From the NCBI GenBank assembly GCA_013239625.1, contig MU056029.1:1240001-1304000 (forward strand): a DNA stretch of 64,000 nt. The letters are read 5' to 3'. The DNA comes from Lama guanicoe. Its lineage: Eukaryota. The translations under genes were made by a program, and so were the position numbers. This document shows positions 1-14,740 of the stretch, piece by piece. The notes under the pieces were generated by a model that ran no database searches, was not told where the DNA came from, and was given only the letters and a program-made list of their open reading frames with translations. Numbering within the stretch: position 1 is the stretch's first letter; every line of letters starts with the position of its first letter.

Positions 1-904
1 AGTTCAGGTGGTAGAGCCCAGAGAAACGAGTTTGAGTTTCATCAGAAACTGGCAAAGTCGGGACCCGTCTCCAGGCTCAGGGCTGGGGCCAGTACCTTCT
101 CCAGATTGTCCAGATATTTAAAGTGCAATGAAAAGGGATAGAATGGGGAGAAATTGGTGCATTGAAAACAAAAGAATGTCCTAACCTAGAACTCAAATAA
201 CACTGCTCTGAAGATAGTGAGTATAACGTAGCCCAGATAAAATCAACTACAAAGTATGTACTAGGATGTATGATGTTACAGAGAAGCGATCATATGGTAG
301 GAAAATTAAGATACACTGTGCTTTAGCTGTTCATTGAAAATTCGATTCTATATGTATTTATTTAACACTGTTTCAAGATCAAATGGCAAACTTAAAAATA
401 AATGCAGCCCAGGACCATTTCGTTTGCAGTGTTAACAACAACAACAGCAAGTGAGGCCGTCACTCTGTAACCAACCTGGTGCCCATTTCAGGGATGCAGC
501 TGTCGTTCTGACAGAGGACAGTTCAGCCAATCTGGTCTCTGTCGCTGCACGCTTACTGTGTGGCATCGCAGTTACTGAACCTGCCTGCGCCTCGGCTTCC
601 TGATCTCCAAGTGGAGTCAGTAACGGATCCCACGTCACAGGGCTGATGTGAAGGAAAGCTGCTGGATGTGTGCTAAATGCGGAAACGCGGCCGGGCAGGA
701 GGGGGTGCTGGGTCTGGGCTAGCTGTCCTCCTGGGTGTTGTGGCCGGGAGACACCTGAGGTTTGCTGCACCCGCGCGGTAGCCACGGCGGAGCGCATAAC
801 CTCAGTGACGTCTGCAGCCTCCCTTGCCGTGTGAGGGAGTCATTTGCACTCACAGGTCCTGGGGCTGGGACGTGACCCTCCGGGAGGATGCTGCCCTGCT
901 GCTG

Positions 905-2260
905 CGTCCGTGTTTGTTGAGTCCTTCTGATGTGCCAGGTACCATTCTAGACCCCGAGACCCTGTAGGGGGCAGAGAGGAGCCTGCCCTCCAGGAGGACG
1001 CATTCTGGGGTTAGGATAGACAAACACTTAACAGTTGGGTCCCAAGGACTGCTGAGGAGTGATTCAGAGGAGGGGTCAGTGAGTGCTGCAGAGAGGTGCT
1101 CAAGCCGACGTCTGAGGACAGTGGGGACGTGAGCAGGGCTATTCCTGGGGAAGACCAGACAGGTGCAGGGCACCAGGAGGGCAGCGTGAGGAAGGGCGAG
1201 ATGAGTGGGAGGCAAGATCAGGGAGGCGGTGGGGCGGGGCGGTCAGGTCACGAGGGACTGGGGCCACGCTAGGTGGTAGCAGGCAGAGCAGTGGGCCATT
1301 GAAGTAAGAGTGACATAGGACCCCATTGAGATGTGACAGTCCCGTGACAAACTTTAAAGCTGTCTCTGGCTGCCGAGTGGAGAGTAAAGTCAAGTCTAGG
1401 GCGGGGAGGCTTACTTAGTCCAGGAGGGACCAGGGAGAGCAGTTGGGGACAGTGCGCTTGTCCGGGGGAGGGCAGTCCGGCCACTAGCAGCTGTGGGCGG
1501 GCTGGCAGGAACACGGAGGGAGAGGAGTCGGGGTGGCCTCCCCAGAACTTGACCTGGGCACGTGGTGGGTCCAGCTGCCTGTTACTGGCTGGAGGAGACA
1601 GTAGGAGAAAAGGTCCTAGAGAAACTCCTGGGTGCGGTTTGGGACATTAAGCCCTGCGGGACGCTTGTTAGATATCCAAGTGGCCAGGTGGGCCATTGAG
1701 ATAGAAGTCCAGAGTCAGAGAGAGCGATTGAGCCATGAACCTGAGGGACTTCCATGTATGAGAGAGATTTAGACCCATTTGTATGGAATGAGATCAATCA
1801 GAGATTGAGGGCAGACTGAAAAGGGCTCCCTGGACTGGCCTGGGACACACCAGTGCTTAAGGCCTGGAAGGCGAGGGGCAGGGCAAGCAAGACTGAGGAG
1901 GAGAAGAGGCTGATGGGGACTGAAGGAAGAGGGTGGTGCCCTGAGGCCACGGGGGAAGTGCTGTAAGAAGGAGCGTGGGCGGCTGAGGACTGATACTGGC
2001 CCCTTGGGCTTGGCGGTGTACAGGAGCGGCCAGAAGGGAGGTTTCGCTGGGAGGCAGGTGGGCGAAGCCAGACTGGAGTTGGGGGAGGGAAGGGAGGAGA
2101 GGCAGCAGAGCCCTCTAGAGCAGACAGCTCTTCGGTGAGCTTTGACGAGAAGAGAGGTGAAGGATGCAACGACACCTGGAAGGGAGTATCGGGTGAATGA
2201 GAGACTTTTGAGACCTGATGTACTATGGCAGGTGTGATTGCCAATGGGGATGGTTAGGCA
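905..2260 (-). mobile_element. Ancient LINE-2 (L2) fragments
   Basis: L2 3'-end-like motif (tgtttgttgagt...atgtgccaggtaccattctag) at ~910; purine-rich + strand; minus-strand translations resemble decayed L2 reverse transcriptase (e.g. QPETALK in ORF 1139-1393). Confidence 0.7.
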
Positions 2261-2749
2261 CGGAGGGAAAACCCTGCATGGTAAGCATCCGGATGATTCA
2301 TGGGCTTTGTGATCACACATGTGGGGTACCCAGTGTGGCCGGGCAGAGGGGGAGGGGCTGACCTAGGGACATGGGACGGTCAGAAGAGGGGGTGTGGCCT
2401 GCAAGATGGGGACCTGGGTTCTACCTTGTAGATGGTAGGATTCTGAACCAGGCTGCAGTGGTAGAGACGAGTCTGCGTGAGTGGGAGCGGGCATTGGTAG
2501 GGTGGACTGGAGCACTGTTTAGGGAGCTGACGGGCAAGACTGGGGGCACCTTTGACACGCAGTCTGAGGGAGTGGGAGCGATCTAAGAGTTCTGGCATAA
2601 TGTTTCATAGCCATGACTTTATCCAGGTAAAGCACATGTGTCAAGTCCATGGTTTCCACCATAAGAGGGAACAGCTCTTATTTGGAGACTCAGGGTTGAC
2701 TTTGATGTCTGGCTCTACCCACCATGCTTTTAAAATTTTTTTACTATTT

Positions 2750-3260
2750 TTAAACATGATTAACTAAAGTGGCATGCAATGGAAATTTGAGAAAAACATC
2801 ACAAAATGGTGCCATTTAGAGGTATTTATCTGATGAGCTTAAAGTAATAAGCAAATACACTGAAGAAGACATTTAAATCCTTGAGGAAGAATGTAGAAAG
2901 GAATGCAATTCAAGAAGACAGATAAGCTGCTGCTTAAGAGTGATCCAGTTCAAGTCCCAAAGGAAGTTCACGATAAAGCCGGTCCGCAGATGCTGCCGTG
3001 TCCCATTTTATGTGAATCAAAAATGGCCATCAGCATAAGCAGAGATCACATCACAAGACGTGCATCACCCATTGCACTCAACAGCATCATTTCTGGTGCA
3101 AGAGTCAAAAGATGTCTCTTCCCCGGAAATGGTGACACAGCTGTTGAACTCATACCCTTTCAGATACCAAATGAGCACCTTTAAACATGGCGTCTACAGC
3201 ACATTGTTACTGTTTTTACGAGAGATTATAATACTGATAGAACAGCTTTGTTGGAGTTAA
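2750..3260 (-). mobile_element. Possible hAT DNA-transposon transposase remnant
   Basis: Minus-strand translation around 3020-3150 gives VTISGEETSF then, after a frameshift, LLSAMGDARL, reminiscent of the hAT C-terminal dimerisation motif (T..s.ERSFS...LRSTM...RL). Boundaries uncertain. Confidence 0.3.
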
Positions 3261-6189
3261 GTTCTTTACAGTTCCTCAAAAAGTAAAGGCTGTCAGATTT
3301 GACGAATAATGACAGCTCTTTGCTCACTCCCCTTTCAGGGTGGTGCATGGTTTCTGCTGTAGGTTGGTTCACCCTGTGCTGATTACTGGCTGGTTTCAGA
3401 GACAGCTCTCTTGGGATCCCTGTCCTGCTGTATTCAGACTCCCCTCCACCTTCCGGACTCCCAGCCAGAAGCCCCGCTGATGGCTTCGTCCATCCCGCCC
3501 CTACCCCCACTGCTGGGGCCTGAGTCACTGGCCTCTGCCTCCAGTCTTGCCGCTGCTAAGTCTATCGTCCCTGAGGCACCTGGGGCCACGAGGAAAGACA
3601 GCGCTCCTGTTCAGATGCTGAGTCTCCCACCACCTTCGGGCCAGATCCTGGGAGTGGCGCGTGGCAGTGAATGTGTGTGGTTCATGGCACACGTGGCACT
3701 TCTCACCAGAGTTCCTACACGCCCTCTGTGTATACGTCACTATTTCTTCTCTCAGTGCCACTGTGCACAACCCCTTCCTCTGGCTTGAGACCTGCCCCCC
3801 GATCCTCATGTTTGAGGGCCCAGGTCCGTTTTCCTCTCCTCAGCGTTCCAGCTGGATTCCTCCCTTCTGGGTTCGTAGACTGCCTTGCGTATTGGATAGA
3901 TTCCTATACTGTTCTATACTGTTCCATGTTCTATTGAAATCCTCGGGGAACGTGGCCCTTTTTTAGATACAGTCATGTTCTTGAGGCTGGGATGTCCCTA
4001 TTGTCATCTTCACATCCCTGGCACTCACCCCAATACTAAGTATGCAGTAGACACCCCAAGTACCTTTGTTGAGCTGAGCTGCTGGAATGAGCACTGAGCC
4101 CAGCTGACAGCCTCTCTGAAGGTGTGACGAAGGAGACACGCTCTCTGGGGTCATTTAGAGCCACTCTGGCAGTTGGCTCAAAGCCACCTTTCTGTTTCCA
4201 ACCTAGATAGGCTTAGAGCAGCCCTTTCCCCAACAACTGCGCATGAAGGTCTCTTGGGGACTTGAAAAAATAGCCACGCCCATTCCTCCTGAATCAATTA
4301 GCGCTGAGTCTGTAGACTTCTATGCCTAGAAACCTAGAAGAGGCTCATGTGAGAGTCACAGAGTCAGATGCCTTGAAGAGACTGATGTAGGACAACAGAG
4401 ACAGGTGGGAAATTTGCACAGTTGCCAGAGTTTACTTTTTCTAGAGTTACTCACATTTCTTGTTCTAAACACCCTGCTGGTGAAATAGACCCATTCGTGG
4501 CCCACATTTCATGGCTGCCCGTCCCCCACTCCACCTCATCAGAAGTCTCTGAAAGACCCAGAACTTCAAAGCTGGCAGGGGCCACTCACAGCTTTTGAGG
4601 AAGCCCTTCCAACCCCTGAACATTGTGTCCACCCAAATCCCTGCCCGGGTCACAGCCACCACCCTCCATCCTCAGGCTGGAATATGGGTCTCAGAGCCCA
4701 AGTTTAGGGGTCAGGTCCTTGTGCCTTTTGTGTAGACCAATACCCGGGCAGGGAGATACACAAAACTAAGCATGCTTTAACGTGGGTGTTGGTTCTCTTA
4801 TTTCCTTTATGATCTCTTTTCTGGAACATCAGTAACCTGAAAATGTTGGAGCTGTTTCATGGACTAAATGTGACATGTGTTTGTAGAAAGCACGCACTGC
4901 ATGTAAGGAAATGGTTCATATTTTAAGAGAACCTAGTTAATTAATCTTCATACTGAAGGGGAAGTCACGAGCATTTTCAAGTATTTCTACTTTATCCAAA
5001 GCTCTTGTCAGTGATAGTGGAGCTAGTGTCTCAGCTCACAAGATCTACTGCCCCCAAGAACAGCGCCTTCAGCGCTCCCCGAGGCAGCCGGGTGCTCGCA
5101 GTGGGCCTCACAGCCAGCGGAACGCTCTGGGTGTGCTCAGCACTGTTAAGAAAAGCCGAGTTGGAAAGTCTGCACCCGAGCGGAGCCAGCTTCCCGACAG
5201 CCGCGGGTGCCCCGTGTGTCCACCTGCAGGCCTGGCAGATGTGACTCTGCCCGGAATTGCTCACTGACGGCACTGCCCAGGGTCTGTGTTTTTCAGGTGG
5301 TTTAGCCTGTTGCCCGAACGGAGCAGAGCACGCCGAGTTGCTCTTGATGGTAGAAGCAGCCTCAAAGATGCCTCACCTTGCTGTGCATGAGCGGGCTCAC
5401 CGGAACCCTCTGAGAGACTCCTGCACGCGGGCACGTCGGTTGCCCTCTGTGATGAGGCAAAGGCCTCCCTCTCCACGGTATTTTGCAACCACGAGCTGTA
5501 CAGACGCACTGTTTTTGAGGATAACTGGTGAACTGAGGCGGAATTCCCGGATGTCCTTGAGAGGAACCTCTACTCCTGCCCTGACAGACATTTCGGGATT
5601 TTTAAGAAACAATTTCCTACCTCCTAGGTCCTATCTTCAATAAATTCAGAGAAGAAACCACTGCAGATCCCCAGCCATGGCATCAATCCAGAAAAAAAAA
5701 GAAAAAAAGAAAGAAAGTCCACAGATAAACATAAGAAGCAGTTATAGCAAAAGAGGGCAGATACTGAAATTCCTCCAAGGAAAGTGTAATTATGGGGTAG
5801 ACATATTTGATTTAAATGGCGTAGGTACATTTGAACTCTTTTATTAAAAAAAATTTTGGCCCAAAAGGGGAGCTGTGGAATTCTTAGGCCTTGCGTGCTA
5901 TCCCGTCGCTTCTGGCAGTGACTCGGGTATTTGTGCAGTGGGATTCAGAGCCGCGAGGGAGGGTGATGCCCCGAGTCTGGGGCGGAGCGGGGCAGCACAG
6001 GGCCTGGGGAGACCACACACCTGCACCGTGCGGGCTGTGGGATACCTCCGCGGCCTTCATCTCCTCGGAGCCAGGGCTGTTCAGATCAAACATAATTCAA
6101 GAACATTTTCACAGCAGATAATGGAATAGTTTTGAACATACACTTGAAGCATTAAGATAGGCCTTTTTTTTCCCTTTTTTTTCTGATTG

Positions 6190-6580
6190 TAATTTTTTAA
6201 GTTTTAAAATTTTTATTGAGACGTAATTGATGTAACATGGTGTGAGTTGAACGTGTGTAACACGTTGACTTGATCCGTTTGCATAGTTCAGAATGATCAC
6301 CACCGTGGCACTGGCTAACACCTCTACCGTGTTATGTGGTCATCTTCCCCTTTTTGTGGTGGGGGCAGTAAGATCTAGCCTCTTAGCAGCTTTGAAGTTT
6401 CTAACACGGTATTGGTGATGTAATCACACCGCTGTACTAATGTGCTAAGAGCTACAGAACTTTATTTACCTTCTAGTTGCAAGTTTATTACCCTAATTCC
6501 ACCCCCTAGCCCCCGGTAACCACCACTCTAGACTCTGTTTCTACACATTCAGCTTTTCTAGATTCCACATATAAATGATA
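6190..6580 (-). mobile_element. Old L1 3' end fragment (L1MA-like)
   Basis: T-rich tail then ttttattgagacgtaattgatgtaac...cccctagcccccggtaaccaccactcta...tagattccacatataaatga, typical antisense L1 3'UTR. Confidence 0.75.
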
Positions 6581-8342
6581 ACCTTTTTCTACCAGTGGGT
6601 TTGCTGTCACTTCTAAGTTAAAAAGCCAACAGGGACCTTCCAAAAACTGGACGCTTGGACGGAGCCTACAGTTGAATAACCAAACTGATAGGAGTTACGA
6701 ACACCATGAGAAGTGGACAGTGAGGCCAGATTCAGTTTGAGCAATGAAATTTCAATGGGGCAAGCGCACAGACTTCCATTTGCAGACTTGGAGGTCGGTG
6801 TTAAGACCCTTCACCCTGGGATCAGTGCTGAGAGACAAGGCTGAACGCTTTGTCTTTCTAGCGTGTGAAACTGCGATGGCGGTCAGAGAAAAGGGAATTT
6901 AATATTTTTAAATACTAAGTCACAAACTAAAAAAAAAAAAATCTGCTCTGTGTGCTTCCTACTAACAGGACTGAATTTTAGGTTGTTAGAGCTTCGACTC
7001 TGCGCTCTAATGGTGATGGGGAGATTAGATCCGAAGAACCTGATACTCTCTCATTCAAAAGGGAATCCCTTTAGGCCAGTAGAGAATTGATCTGTTCAGA
7101 TGCTCGCAAATGGAAATGACCGATTTTCAAGAACTGGGTGGGGCAGGTGCACACTGACTCCTCCCTCGGGTCCATCTGCCCGTGGCGGGGCTTGGCTCTC
7201 CTTCCAGCTGCTTCATGGAAGAGAAGGCGCAGAAGCAGAGCCAGGCCCTTCAGGGCTGTCCCCAGAGTCCTCTGTTCTGCTAAGTACCAAAGGTGCTGAC
7301 TTCTTGGGACCACAGCTGGCTTTCAGCTGAGTGAGTTTCCCTGGAAGCCAAGCCACATGGGTAGGTCAGGTTCTTGACAGTAACACACATCTTGTTACTT
7401 GCACATCTGAAAAAAGCAGCGATGGTCCCCCGCTTTTTCCACGGAGGCAGAATCCATGATGTTCAGGTGTGTGACCGTCTTCTAGACTTGTGACTTTCCT
7501 TCCCTTCAGATAACTTCCTCAGTTTGCCCAAATCCGTTCAGAGCCATTTCTCATTTCTTAGCTGCTTCGTCGACATAAACTTTTGAGGCCCGGATAACGT
7601 CACAGAATTGTACGAACAAGACTGTTCTTCTTGTGTCTTCCTGGAAGGTTCAGCCCAGTCTTCTCAGGGTTTTAATTGCACGGTGACACGTTGGATCACA
7701 CAGAGCCCTGTGCTCCCAGAGGCAACATCACGTCAACTCAGGGGTTTCAAACTGGGCTTTGCAATCCCTGCTCCCCATGTCGTGGGCTTTGCTGGAGCCG
7801 AGCGTGCAGGCAGCTAGCTGAGCTGATGGGGCCGAAGCCCAGAGGGACTTCATGGACTCAGTCGTTCTTTTGCCACCTGCTCTAGGCCTGCCATAATGCT
7901 CGCAGCACAAATGCTTCCGATTAAGAATGCGGTGAAATTTGGGCACACCAATCTCACCTTTCAACTTGTATAAAGTATTTAAATATCCCCTCGACACCCC
8001 ATAACCCATTGCAGTTGACTCCCTCACAAAATGAAGACTCAGGGTTTCTGGGTTTAAACCAGACATCTGAAATCCCTCGTGAGTGGGTTGGGCTCTGCTA
8101 GTCCATGTGCAGTGGCTACACTGTTGACATAAACAGCTCCTCAGAATCAGGGAGGGATGGATTTTGAGCATCACGTAAGGTTGATGGATGGGTGACCAGC
8201 ACTCTCTAGCTGGCTATTCAAGAATTAAGGCTATTCCAGATTTTTGAGAATAAGGCTTACGCATGCAAAATAATACCCTGGGTTGTTACTGCTTGGCTTC
8301 CATACCTTGAGAAGAATTTGTAAGTAATATACACAAGTTTGA

Positions 8343-8612
<270 letters not shown>

Positions 8613-10262
8613 TAGAATTGATGGTGTTGCCAAGGCTCCTAAGTGTTATCATTTTCCAGGTGCAAGAAGCCAGGGGAAGTGGTCTGTCTGCAGATTCCCT
8701 TTTCTCCCGAGATAACGCATTATGATATCCATTTCTGGTTCACTTAGGGAGGAACCGCTTCTGAGGTGTTGCTGAAGCTGAGAAATAATTTATAGTCCAC
8801 TCCATACCCTCATATGTATGCAAGTCCTTCTCAGAATCCACTACTCAGTGCAATAGTTCTTTACATCATTATATGCTTGTTATGTGTTTACTTTTTCACG
8901 AGGTCCGTAATTACAGTATTTGCTTTGACCCTGTGGATGTTGATTAAATGGATAGATAGTAAGATATGCTCTCGGGGTACCATTGGCTTAATTTTGTGCT
9001 GAGAAGTATGTGCTGTTTCCAGGCCTGTGTGATGCCCTTGTGATGGCTCTAGCCGGTTTAGATGTGATGCGTTTGAAACCTGCTCTGTTAGGTAAGGTGG
9101 AGACCCTCTAACAAATGCAGTCTCAGAGGAAAACGTGTAGTTTTTCTCCACTGTTTGCACTTTTAACAGGGGCAGTTATTTAAAGCACAGTTTGATGTTC
9201 TCTGCCTTTTGGGCAAGGGAAGTCCTCGTAGGCTCCTTGACACCATTTAACTCCACCTGTGGAGTCAAGGCTTCTATGTCTGGCAGCTCCCAGCCCTGTG
9301 GACATACCTACAGGGTCAAAGCATCTAGAGATCCAGTGAGCTGCTGTCAGTTCCTGCTGTCATTCTGCCACTCACATTCGAGTCCCCCTGGGCGGGACCC
9401 TAAGGACACCACAGAGTCAAGCAGGTGCCTTCTGGGGCCAGCATCTCAGTGGGGAGACAGGCACTGAAAACACAGCATCAAACAAACACCTGTACACATG
9501 CAAATACACACCATGCACATATATGATTCCCCCACAACCAGGTGCTGGGGGAGAAAGTCATGGGAGCTGTGACTCAGTGAGGACACCATCTAGCAGTTTG
9601 GGGCTATTTGTTGGAGAGTGGGGTACTGTAGTGTGCTCATAACCATAGCGGGTTACAGGGCCTGGTGGGACCCTGGGAACACACATGTCCCCCCAACATT
9701 ATTAGCTACTTTCATTGCTTTAGATATTTTCAGTAATTTTAATTGAACATCTCCCATGATAAAAATTTCTGACAATTCAGAATGCCGTATAAGGGGGAGT
9801 GGGTCCTCCTCCTCAAGCCATTCTTATTCAAGGCTGCACTGTGGACCCTCCTGTCTCCGGAGATCAATCCCAGGCTGCAGCTGGGATGGGAACTCCTGGG
9901 AGGAGTCTGTCCCCCTCCTCCTGATTGTCTAACTTTGTAAAAGCTGCTGTTTGTGGGAGAGGGTTGTGCATTGTGAGGCTGGGGGTGTTCTGGGTTCACC
10001 CAGGAGGACACTGAAGCTCACATGTGTGGAAAGCACTAAGTCCCCGGCAGGAGTCACCCCTCTGCTCACACTGCACCCCCCGGAGCGGAAGTGCCTGGGA
10101 CCCCGGCCCCTTTGTCTGTATGACGGGCCGTTTGCGTCCTGTGATAGTTTTGGAGCAGCTGGGTTTCATCTGGTGTTTGTCAAGCCCTCCAAGTGTATCA
10201 GACACATCACAGAAGCCCTCTGGTTGCCAAGAGTGAAATTGGTCACTAGACAAAGCACGTAA

Positions 10263-10466
<204 letters not shown>

Positions 10467-10499
10467 TAAGTCGCACCCTGTTGCCTTCCTTTGCACTAG

Positions 10500-10721
<222 letters not shown>

Positions 10722-10817
10722 TGAGCGGTGAGCCGGCCCGCTGCGGGGCTACGGCGGAGCTGGGCTGGCCTGGCCTGGCCTGGCCTGGGCAGAGAGGGCT
10801 CCCGGCGGAGAGGCGGT

Positions 10818-10922
10818 GGGCGGGGCTCTGGGTGGGCGGGGCAGGGCGGGCCCTGCAGTTCTGCAGGGATGGGCAGGATTCCAAGGGAATGGGCGAGGCG
10901 GAGCAGGGGTGGGCGGGGCAGG
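10818..10922 (+). promoter_or_regulatory. G-run cluster (potential G-quadruplex / intronic splicing enhancer) in a CpG-rich patch
   Basis: gggcggggctctgggtgggcggggcagggcggg (seven G3+ runs, 10818-10850) and ggggtgggcgggg (10906-10918), ~100-200 nt after the 10720 donor. Confidence 0.4.
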
Positions 10923-12334
10923 ACGGACCCTCCCACCCCAAGGGCCCTGCAGCCCCACAGCGGGTTTGAGGATTCTGGCGTGTGTATGTGTGTGTGTTTT
11001 GGGTATTCTGTACCTTTTGACCTGCCCGTACTGATGTCCATGTAGATTACTTCCTTGGTCTGCTTTATGTCCATAGTACTGATCTATATTTGTTTATTTG
11101 GTTCAAGATCAAGAGCATCTTTGGAATAGTGACCCAGATAACATAAATTAGGGAAAATTTACTTTATAGAAATTTTATTTTTAAAAAATCTAAGGAGATC
11201 TCCGTTTTTGTTGCAATTGTACAACCCTTTGGAAGTTTTAAAAGCCCATTTTCTTCTATGGTTTGATAACACTTAAAATGCTGAGGTTAAATTTTAGTTT
11301 CTCATTTTGAATGATCCATTAGTCATTTTTCTTAAAATTCTGAATTATTTATTGCATCTGAGTAAATCAATAAATTGGCCAGTGAGAAAGATTCCATTAT
11401 AGTTTTTCAGTTTTCATGGTGGGCCTTAGCAGGCTTCAGAAAATGTTTTTTTAAGTTAAAAAAAAAAAAGAAAAAAAGCACTAAAGCCAAGTTAAGAAAA
11501 AAAAGGCATGTGCATTTATGTATCTGTTATTGGAATTTCTCTTAGCTACAGTTCTTCACAATAAACTTATATTTAAAAGAAGTAAGCATAGTGGAAAAAA
11601 AGTTTGATACAGTCGTCTTTAGAAGCTGCGTGTCCTAGCATTTATTCTGAGGAATGCTTTGACACATCATGTCCCAAACCTGTTTGATAACAGGACTTGG
11701 TTTTTCTTAAAACAACCCAGTAAGGATTCTGATCGGTGATGCTGTGCACACACCTTGGCATTCTGTTCCAGGCGTCACTTCTCCCTGTTCCCTACGTTGA
11801 TCTTGAACATGTTCCACCCACAGATGGAGACAGGAGTTGTGAACATCACATCAGTGCCCGGGACAGTGCCTTCTCTATTCAGAGAATATGTGAGAAGCTG
11901 AGAACTATCTCAAGGGTTGAAAATTAGTCCTTGGTCATCATTCTAGGGAAAAGGAAGGCTGGGCAGTGAAACTAAGAGCACTTTCGTTAGCCCTGTGAGC
12001 AGAGAGCAGGTGTGGAGATGGGTTCCAGGTCTTAGTGGATGCTGGGGGTGGTCCATGCAGGGTGGGTACCATGTGAGCCTACTGTGCACACCTGCGTTCT
12101 GTTCATAGAATAGAAATAACCCCAGTCCCCATAGATTATTGTTCTTGGTTGACATCTAGTTTCTAACAGTGAGAGATCAGTTAGGTCCATTGCCTAAGAC
12201 AATGGGATGGCTTGGACACGGTGGTGAGATAAGCCCCTGGTCTAGAAGAGGGAGCGGCAGTGGAGTGTCTGTGTACCAAGCAACTTCACAAACACAGAGA
12301 GCCTTTCAGTCCTCAGACAACTCTTTAGTCCTCA

Positions 12335-12470
12335 GACAGCCCAGCCGGCTAGGGAACACCATTTCTATTAACCAACAAACAGATTGAGGCTCAGAGATGT
12401 TTGGTGATCAGCCCAAGGTCACACATCTGGGGGGTGAGGGGGCAGCAGGAATTTGAGTTCAGGTGTGAGC
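12335..12470 (-). mobile_element. MIR SINE fragment
   Basis: gattgaggctcagagatg...cccaaggtcacaca...aggaatttgagttcagg matches the MIR core in antisense. Confidence 0.6.
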
Positions 12471-14327
12471 TATTTCCTTGTTTAATCCATCACATTTGAA
12501 AATTGGAGAGAGACAGCATTATTAGGCATATAATGGCCTTTTTCTTACTCTTGTTAAAGTGTCATGCCCAGAAGGAAGATGGTGAGAACCAGAGCAACTA
12601 GTCAGCAGTGACTTATCCTTGTTTGTGCAGAGGGAGCCCGCTGTGAATGAGCCGCAAAACTGATAACCGGTTTTCTTTTTCAATCGTATGCAACACTAGG
12701 AAGGTGGGAATAGTTCCACTTGGAAGTGTTAGGATTTTAATGTGCTGGAGCTCTGGCTATAATTTGATAGCATTTTAATCCACAGATTTAGCAGATACAG
12801 TGAAATGGCAACAGGAATTTGCTGGTGACAGGACTGATCGCACAGCCCCATCTGAGCCCCTCCCTGTCACTGAGCCTTTCTGCTTAGCGCTTCGGTCCCT
12901 CCTGACAAGTTATATTAAACCAGTGTTATCCTCTGACCCAGTGATTCCCATGTCGTGTCCATCTTTAGGAAATACGGACTAAGCTCTGTGCACAAGGGTT
13001 TCTATTATCGCACTGTTTACGCTACCAAACATTGGAAGAAATATAAAACTTCTGCACATTTTTCAACTAAAACTATATTTTAAAATTTTTGTGCAAACAT
13101 GGACGTAATTAAAAAGATAAAACATGAAAGTGAAGGACAAACTAGGGTTCACGTGATGCACCTTTAACCTGAGACAAATGTCTAGAAATGTTTGAAACAG
13201 TACTGTTACCAGCTTCTAAAAATATAACTGTAGTGATTATTATACACGGGAAGGCTTCATTTATGTAAAATCCCCACCATGCTCCAGAAATCATGTAAAG
13301 TAGTATGCAGAGCTGCACACAATTCAGAAAGATGGAATTCTTTAAATAGGTGATTGCAGAGAAGCTAAGGAAGCATAAGCTGTTGATGCCACGAGCTCCC
13401 GAAACGTCTTCTAAAAAGCCTTAGCGCTTGCCTGGAGGTAATCTGCAATTTCAGTTCTGAAGAACTGTCTACCCGTAGTGCGTGATCTGTTTACAGATCT
13501 ACAGGTAAAAGTCACCAGCTGCTCAAGGAAAGCCCAAGGCGAGCAACAGGCACGTCCTGTTGGACCCTCAAAGGAGTGGACACTTACAAAGTACTGAGCA
13601 GTTTCTTCCGGGATGATCTTGTAGCAAACAAAATGACACATTTTACAGAACTGTCCCCAGAGTTGTGCTTCCGATGTCAGACTGGTGGCCAGCATCCCCC
13701 AGGGGACCCTCAGCAGTACAGTCCCTGGGCTGTCCGTGCCCTAGATGAAGAGGGAGGAGGCACAGAGCCTAGAGCTTGCCTTCAGTCCACGCAGCAACTG
13801 AATGACTGTCCTTCTGGCCAGCCATGCTAATTTTTTTCTTTTTCTGGGTGGAACTTTCCATCATCACTGAATGACAGCGAGTCCTGATTTCACTCCCCAA
13901 GGAGCCTGAGCAGTCGACACATTTTCTTTATAACAAGTGAGCTGGGAGACGTAATCACCTCTCACCTCCGTGTCCTCCGCACCCTCTGAAAGTGCAGACT
14001 CCCGTGAGGACCGCCTTAGGGCTGTGGAGTGCCGGCCACTGTGCCTCTGTGGGGAGAGGGACATGCTGCACTTGGTAAAAGAGCACTGGGCAGAGCACGC
14101 ACACTGTGTGTTCCCCTGTGCTGTTTTTATTTTAAGAAGGCATGTCTTTATGAATTTTCAGCATCAGTGGCACATGCTGCTTTGAATTAGGGCAATATGA
14201 AGAGAAAAAAGCTTAGATTTAGAGTTAGGCTGACTTAAGTTCAAGTCTGGGCACTATCATTTAGTGCTCATGAGTCCTTGGTCATTTTACTTTGGTCTCT
14301 TAAGACTACTGTTGGCTGTTTCTTTTA

Positions 14328-14740
14328 GTTTTTTTAAATAAATTTTATTCTTTTAGAGCAGTTTCATGTTCACAACAGAACTGAGCAGAAAATACAGTTC
14401 GCACATAGCCCTCTCCCACACATACATACTCCCCTACCCTCAGCATCCCTCATCCGTGTGGCATGTTTGGTACAATTGATGAACCAACATGGGCACGTTA
14501 TTATCAACCGAAGTCCGCAGTTTACATTAGGGTTCATTCTTGCTGTTGTGCATTCTGTGGGCTTTGACAAATGCATGATGACATGAAGCCACGACTATAG
14601 TATCATACAGAATAACTTCATTGCCCTAAAAATCCCTTGTGCTTCATCTATTCACCCCTCCCTCCCTCTCTCCCCCCAGACCCCTGGAAACCACCATCTT
14701 TTTATGTTTCTGTAGCCGTGCCTTTTCCAGAATGTCGTTT
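14328..14740 (-). mobile_element. Old L1 3' end fragment (L1MC-like)
   Basis: ttttagagcagtttcatgttcacaacagaactgagcagaaaatacag...gtacaattgatgaaccaaca...cccctggaaaccacc...ccttttccagaatgtc. Confidence 0.75.
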
